A DNA stretch of 55,930 nucleotides from Candidatus Poseidoniales archaeon (lineage in GTDB: Archaea > Thermoplasmatota > Poseidoniia > Poseidoniales > Poseidoniaceae), in contig JAYOBT010000008.1 of the NCBI GenBank assembly GCA_038105035.1, positions 1-55,930 on the forward strand, given 5' to 3'. Shown piece after piece: positions 51,726 to 55,930 of the stretch; positions within the stretch are counted from its first letter, which is position 1, and the number at the start of each line of letters is the position of its first letter. The translations under genes and the position numbers were made by a program. The notes below the pieces were generated by a model. That model did no database searches. It saw only the letters and a program-made list of their open reading frames with translations, and was not told the DNA's origin.

Positions 51726-53465
51726 CTAGTTGTCCTCCACGGTGTCAGCGATTTCATCGACCATGGCCTTGACCATGTCATCGATGGTATCGATGTATCC
51801 CTTTTCGAATCGACCACGCATGAGGGCGGTTCGTGCTGGAACGTTGACAACATCGTTGAGTTGTGCGCCAGCAGCCATAGCGTTCTTTGCAGCTTCTTGG
51901 AAACTGAGAATGGCCTTGGACATGGAGTACTGCAAATGGATGTCGCAGTATGCGTCAACCTCGTGGAATCCATTTTGTTGCAAGAAGAATTCACGAATCA
52001 TACGAGCAACTTCCAATGTAAGTTGCTGGTCGACAGGCAGTGCATCGGAACCAACAAGTTGGACAATCTCTTGCAACTCGGATTCAATTTGCAGCAAACC
52101 GCTGATCTGAGTTCGAATCTCAGGGAAATCTTGTGCAATATTGTCACGGAACCATTGGTTGAGGCTCTGAGGGTAGAGTGAGTACGAGTTGAGCCAGTTG
52201 ATCGCAGGGAAGTGACGTTGTCGAGCAAGACCGGCGTCCAATCCCCAGAAAACCTTGACAATTCGGAGCGTACCTTGAGAAACAGGTTCGGAAATGTCAC
52301 CACCTGGTGGGCTGACCGCACCGATGACAGTGACCGATCCGTCGTCGCCATTCTTGGTTTCAACTCGACCAGCACGTTCGTAAAACTCTGCAATTCGAGA
52401 TGAAAGGTAAGCAGGATATCCTTCTTCACCAGGCATCTCTTCAAGACGAGAGGAAATCTCACGCATTGCTTCAGCCCATCGAGAGGTTGAATCCGCCATT
52501 AGAGCAACGTCGTAGCCCATATCACGGAAGTACTCAGCGATGGTAATTCCAGTGTAAACAGATGCTTCACGAGCAGCCACAGGCATGTTGGATGTGTTAG
52601 CAATCATGACCGTTCGGTTCATCAGAGGCTTACCGGTGTTTGGGTCAATCAAGTGAGGGAACTCGTCCAATACTTCTGTCATCTCGTTTCCACGCTCTCC
52701 GCAACCGATGTAAACAACGATTTGAGCGTCGGAATACTTCGCAAGCGATTGTTGTGTAACCGTCTTTCCTGAACCGAAAGGTCCAGGAATCCCTGCTGCA
52801 CCACCCTTTGCGAGTGGGAAGAGGAAGTCAAGAATTCGCATACCAGTGATCAATGGTGTATCTGGTGCGTACTTCTGTCGGTATGGACGAGGAGTTCGAA
52901 CAGGCCACTTTTGCATCATCTGGATTTCGGATCCATCTTCGAGCGTACAAACGGTTTCTGTGACATTAAAGTCACCGGACTTGATGTCCTTGATGACACC
53001 GTTCATGGTTGGAGGAACCATGATCTTGTGGACGATGGTTTCGGTCTCTTGGACGTGCCCAATGACTTGTCCGCCTTCAACAGCAGCACCCTTCTCAATA
53101 ACAGCTTCGAAGGTCCACTTCTTTTCGAGGTCAAACGCATCTGCATCGACACCACGAGTGATGAACACACCCATGACTTCTTCCAAGGTTGGAAGAGGTC
53201 GCTGGATACCGTCGTAAATCTGCGTCAGCAAACCGGGTCCAAGAGAGACAGAGAGTGTTTCTCCTGTATTGATAACTGGTTCACCGGGTCGAATACCCGA
53301 CGTATCTTCGTATACTTGGATGACAGCTTTATCACCGTGTAATTCGATGACTTCTCCCATCAGTCCTTCATTGCCCACACGGACAACGTCATACATTCCT
53401 GCGCTCATTCCCGTTGCGGTAACCACAGGTCCCGAAATTCGGTAAATTACTCCTTCTTTGCTCAT
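51726..53465 (-). CDS. atpA: A/V-type ATP synthase subunit A
   Basis: [40 protein letters not shown] precedes ATG 53465 (alternative 53480). Confidence 0.97.
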   Translation of the reverse strand: MSKEGVIYRISGPVVTATGMSAGMYDVVRVGNEGLMGEVIELHGDKAVIQVYEDTSGIRPGEPVINTGETLSVSLGPGLLTQIYDGIQRPLPTLEEVMGVFITRGVDADAFDLEKKWTFEAVIEKGAAVEGGQVIGHVQETETIVHKIMVPPTMNGVIKDIKSGDFNVTETVCTLEDGSEIQMMQKWPVRTPRPYRQKYAPDTPLITGMRILDFLFPLAKGGAAGIPGPFGSGKTVTQQSLAKYSDAQIVVYIGCGERGNEMTEVLDEFPHLIDPNTGKPLMNRTVMIANTSNMPVAAREASVYTGITIAEYFRDMGYDVALMADSTSRWAEAMREISSRLEEMPGEEGYPAYLSSRIAEFYERAGRVETKNGDDGSVTVIGAVSPPGGDISEPVSQGTLRIVKVFWGLDAGLARQRHFPAINWLNSYSLYPQSLNQWFRDNIAQDFPEIRTQISGLLQIESELQEIVQLVGSDALPVDQQLTLEVARMIREFFLQQNGFHEVDAYCDIHLQYSMSKAILSFQEAAKNAMAAGAQLNDVVNVPARTALMRGRFEKGYIDTIDDMVKAMVDEIADTVEDN

Positions 53466-53489
53466 GTTCTTTTCCTCCATTTTGGAACG

Positions 53490-53789
53490 TCATTTCCATA
53501 GGTCGACTCCGATTGCTCGTCGAATAGTTTCTCGGAGCGTGTTGTCTTCATCCGTACCGATTCCAAGAACCGTCGGTGAGACAGAACCAGACAATTGCGA
53601 GCGCAATCGATCTGGCAAGGATGCAAGAACTGCGGAGTCAACCACAACAATTCCAACATCCTTTGAGTTGAGAAGGTCACGGAACACTTTGATGCGTTCC
53701 TCTTCACCTTCTGGATTGTAGAGATTCGAAATTCCAGCAAGCTGGAATCCGAGGGTAAATTCAGGTGTTCCTACGACTGCAATTTCCAT
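53490..53789 (-). CDS. atpF: A/V-type ATP synthase subunit F
   Basis: IAVVG..EFTLGFQLAGI, IRRAIGVDL. Operon position. Confidence 0.94.
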   Translation of the reverse strand: MEIAVVGTPEFTLGFQLAGISNLYNPEGEEERIKVFRDLLNSKDVGIVVVDSAVLASLPDRLRSQLSGSVSPTVLGIGTDEDNTLRETIRRAIGVDLWK

Positions 53790-53798
53790 GTTTTCACC

Positions 53799-54842
53799 TC
53801 ATAGAATGTGAGCCTCTAGGATTTCAGGCGGCAAACCTGCGAGTCGACCTCGAACAATCATTCGTAGGTCTGTGACTTCTTTGACCTTCATAGCAATGAA
53901 GTGAACAATTGGTAGTGCGGATACAGGGTACAGATAACTCATCTTCTGCATCTGAGCGTGTTCTCGGGCATGAAGCCAAGTGACAACAGCGTCTAAGGAA
54001 CGCTCTTCGTTGGCTTGCTGCAAGGCTTGTTCAAATCCACCGATATCGAACTTCGCATTCGTTCTCAAAACGTCCATCATGGCGCTTCGGCCACCGTTGG
54101 CAACAGAAGCGAGTGCTCGACGTGGCATCAATTTGCCACCAGGAAGTAGTTCTTCGAGCAAAGCGTTGCCTTCGATTCCAAAGGCAGCGGCTTCAAGGAC
54201 GTTCAATATGTTGCGATGGTCAATCTCGGTCGCTAAGATGTTTCTTAGGTAACGTGCATCGTTGCTGCTGTGTGAAAGCGCCTTCAGCGATGACGAGAAA
54301 TAATGACGGTCAAGAGCGTCTTCGTAATGCGAAAGTCTGGCGTCTTCTGGAAGGTTCAGCAGTGCAGGTCCAAACGGCTTGCGGCGCATTTGCTGTGCTG
54401 CTGAACGAAGATCGTCTGCGCTTTCAAGAATCTTGATCCAAGGCGTGTTGATTTCGTTCAAGTCCGGAAGAATGTCTTTGCCGAGTTTCTCTGCTTCAAT
54501 GTCGTTTGCAACAGCACGTAACACAGCCTTCGCATTCTGATATTCATACCGGCTTGAGTAAATCTCAACGATTTTCCGTACCTTACCTCGGCAATGAGAG
54601 AGCATGTTCTCAAGCTCATTCTCGAGATTGTGCGTGAGCGCAGCCTCAATCAAATCGCCACCAGAGTAGCGGGATGCGTAGAGGTTCACCTCGTTTTGAT
54701 ATCCGCTGTCGGCAACGGTATTGATCAATTGATCCGGTGATTGATTGATGAGTTGACGTAGTCGAGCCTTGTCCATCAGTCCTTGTCGACGAGCCTTGGC
54801 TCGTGATGCGACATATGGTACGTTCCCCGACAACATTCTCAT
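53799..54842 (-). CDS. atpC: A/V-type ATP synthase subunit C
   Basis: YVASRAKARR..L, EIDHRNI, EVTDLRMIVRG. Operon position. Confidence 0.92.
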   Translation of the reverse strand: MRMLSGNVPYVASRAKARRQGLMDKARLRQLINQSPDQLINTVADSGYQNEVNLYASRYSGGDLIEAALTHNLENELENMLSHCRGKVRKIVEIYSSRYEYQNAKAVLRAVANDIEAEKLGKDILPDLNEINTPWIKILESADDLRSAAQQMRRKPFGPALLNLPEDARLSHYEDALDRHYFSSSLKALSHSSNDARYLRNILATEIDHRNILNVLEAAAFGIEGNALLEELLPGGKLMPRRALASVANGGRSAMMDVLRTNAKFDIGGFEQALQQANEERSLDAVVTWLHAREHAQMQKMSYLYPVSALPIVHFIAMKVKEVTDLRMIVRGRLAGLPPEILEAHIL

Positions 54843-54845
54843 CCC

Positions 54846-55409
54846 TCATCCAAACAGTGTTTCATTGATCGCTGCACGCTCTTCGACCCAAGTTCGATCA
54901 AGAAGCGACTCAAATCGGAAATCAAACGATACCGAACCATCAGCAGCTTCCATCATGAACCCTCCGAGTCCATCGATTTCATCGCCGATGGAGCGAGAGC
55001 CTGCTTCTTTCTTCAATGCAGCCGCATCGACAGAGACAGGTCGGATAATGAAATCTTTTCCAGAAACATCGTTCGCACGCTTGAGCAAGGATTTGAGGAG
55101 CGTTGCACGCCCCTTCATGCCTGGGTCAGCAAGTTGCGACTTTGCTGCATCGTAAGTAGCGTCAAGGACGCCACGTCGTGCGATGAGCAATTCTTTCTGG
55201 TTGCCTTGCCGAGCGCTGGCGACCATCTCTTGAGAGATTTGGTCTGCTTCACGATCGGCTCGGGTTTGAGCTTCGTCACGGATGGACGCAGCCTTTGTTT
55301 CAGCATCTCCGACAATTGCCTTTGCTTCTGCTTTCGCTTCTTTGAGCATTGCTTTCGCCTGTGCTTCAGCCGATGCAGCAATGTCTTTCGCAAGTGTTTC
55401 AAGTGTCAT
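54846..55409 (-). CDS. atpE: A/V-type ATP synthase subunit E
   Basis: N-terminal EA-rich coiled coil, LGGFM..ADGSV.FD..FESLL. Operon position. Confidence 0.92.
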   Translation of the reverse strand: MTLETLAKDIAASAEAQAKAMLKEAKAEAKAIVGDAETKAASIRDEAQTRADREADQISQEMVASARQGNQKELLIARRGVLDATYDAAKSQLADPGMKGRATLLKSLLKRANDVSGKDFIIRPVSVDAAALKKEAGSRSIGDEIDGLGGFMMEAADGSVSFDFRFESLLDRTWVEERAAINETLFG

Positions 55410-55459
55410 AGTATCATCTCCTTAGGTACAACAGAACGGGTCTGTTTTGGAGCCAATCT

Positions 55460-55771
55460 TCAGAGGAAGAGTGGCAATGCACCGAGAATAACAATCGACT
55501 CAGGAAGAGCCGTGAAGATGAGTGCAGGTCCGAATTTGGATCCGTCTTCTGCAATCATGCCAACAGCAGCGCTACCGATAGCTGCTTGGGAGAAACCAGC
55601 ACCAATGGCTGCGAGTCCCAATGCTAGGCCAGCTCCCATAGGAGTGCCCCAGTTGTCATCGGCGGTTGTTGCTGCATCGTCTTCAGCTGCTGCAGCGCCC
55701 TGAGCGATCAGGACGAGTGCGCCGAGTACGATCATCATTCGTAGGCTTGTCTTTAGGGTATTCTTGTTCAT
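55460..55771 (-). CDS. atpK: A/V-type ATP synthase proteolipid subunit K (c)
   Basis: GLALGLAAIGAGFSQAAIG, IFTALPESIVILG. N-terminal signal-like extension. GGAGG before ATG 55771. Confidence 0.93.
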   Translation of the reverse strand: MNKNTLKTSLRMMIVLGALVLIAQGAAAAEDDAATTADDNWGTPMGAGLALGLAAIGAGFSQAAIGSAAVGMIAEDGSKFGPALIFTALPESIVILGALPLFL

Positions 55772-55801
55772 ATTTTCTACCTCCATTTTATGTCCAGTGG
55801 A

Positions 55802-55930
55802 CTATGCTTTCCCCTCCACGTGGAGAGGTTGGCCACCAAGCGGGGAAAAGACCCTGCCTGAGCCGTCGTAAAACTTGCCCATCCATTCCACAAAGTGGAG
55901 ACGGGCTGCGTGAATTGATGGTGAAAGGAG
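55802..55930 (-). CDS. atpI: A/V-type ATP synthase subunit I, C-terminal fragment (truncated by window edge)
   Basis: Manual translation [32 protein letters not shown]...KA* matches the subunit I RLHxVEF..KFY.G.G..F.P motif. Confidence 0.9.
   Translation of the reverse strand, partial: LLSPSIHAARLHFVEWMGKFYDGSGRVFSPLGGQPLHVEGKA

Overview
A gene-dense, mostly housekeeping window from an archaeal chromosome. Archaeal markers (rps6e, aIF2-gamma, dph2, orc1/cdc6, A-type ATP synthase operon, GGTGA/GGAGG Shine-Dalgarno sites) sit beside bacterial-type genes (gyrBA, class II CCA enzyme, class II HMG-CoA reductase) and large secreted or PKD-domain peptidases. That mix suggests Marine Group II Euryarchaeota (Ca. 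Poseidoniales); this is an inference. I can support about 47 CDS and saw no rRNA, tRNA, CRISPR array or mobile element. Main leads: (1) a helically phased TAACGC/GCGTTA repeat array (36611-36665) in front of an uncharacterised operon encoding an AAA+/winged-helix protein, a beta-propeller-like protein and DUF357, close to smc-scpA-scpB; (2) a canonical EF-hand loop on the C-terminal tail of GyrA; (3) perfect operator-like palindromes before a wHTH regulator and before smc; (4) several altered enzymes: a membrane-anchored Smr-like domain, dTMP kinase with a wHTH-like extension, GcvH-like protein without the lipoyl lysine, aIF2-gamma without its zinc knuckle, a pseudo site-2 protease and a minimal SerK/ParB-like protein. 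All family calls come from motifs recognised by eye; no database search was run.
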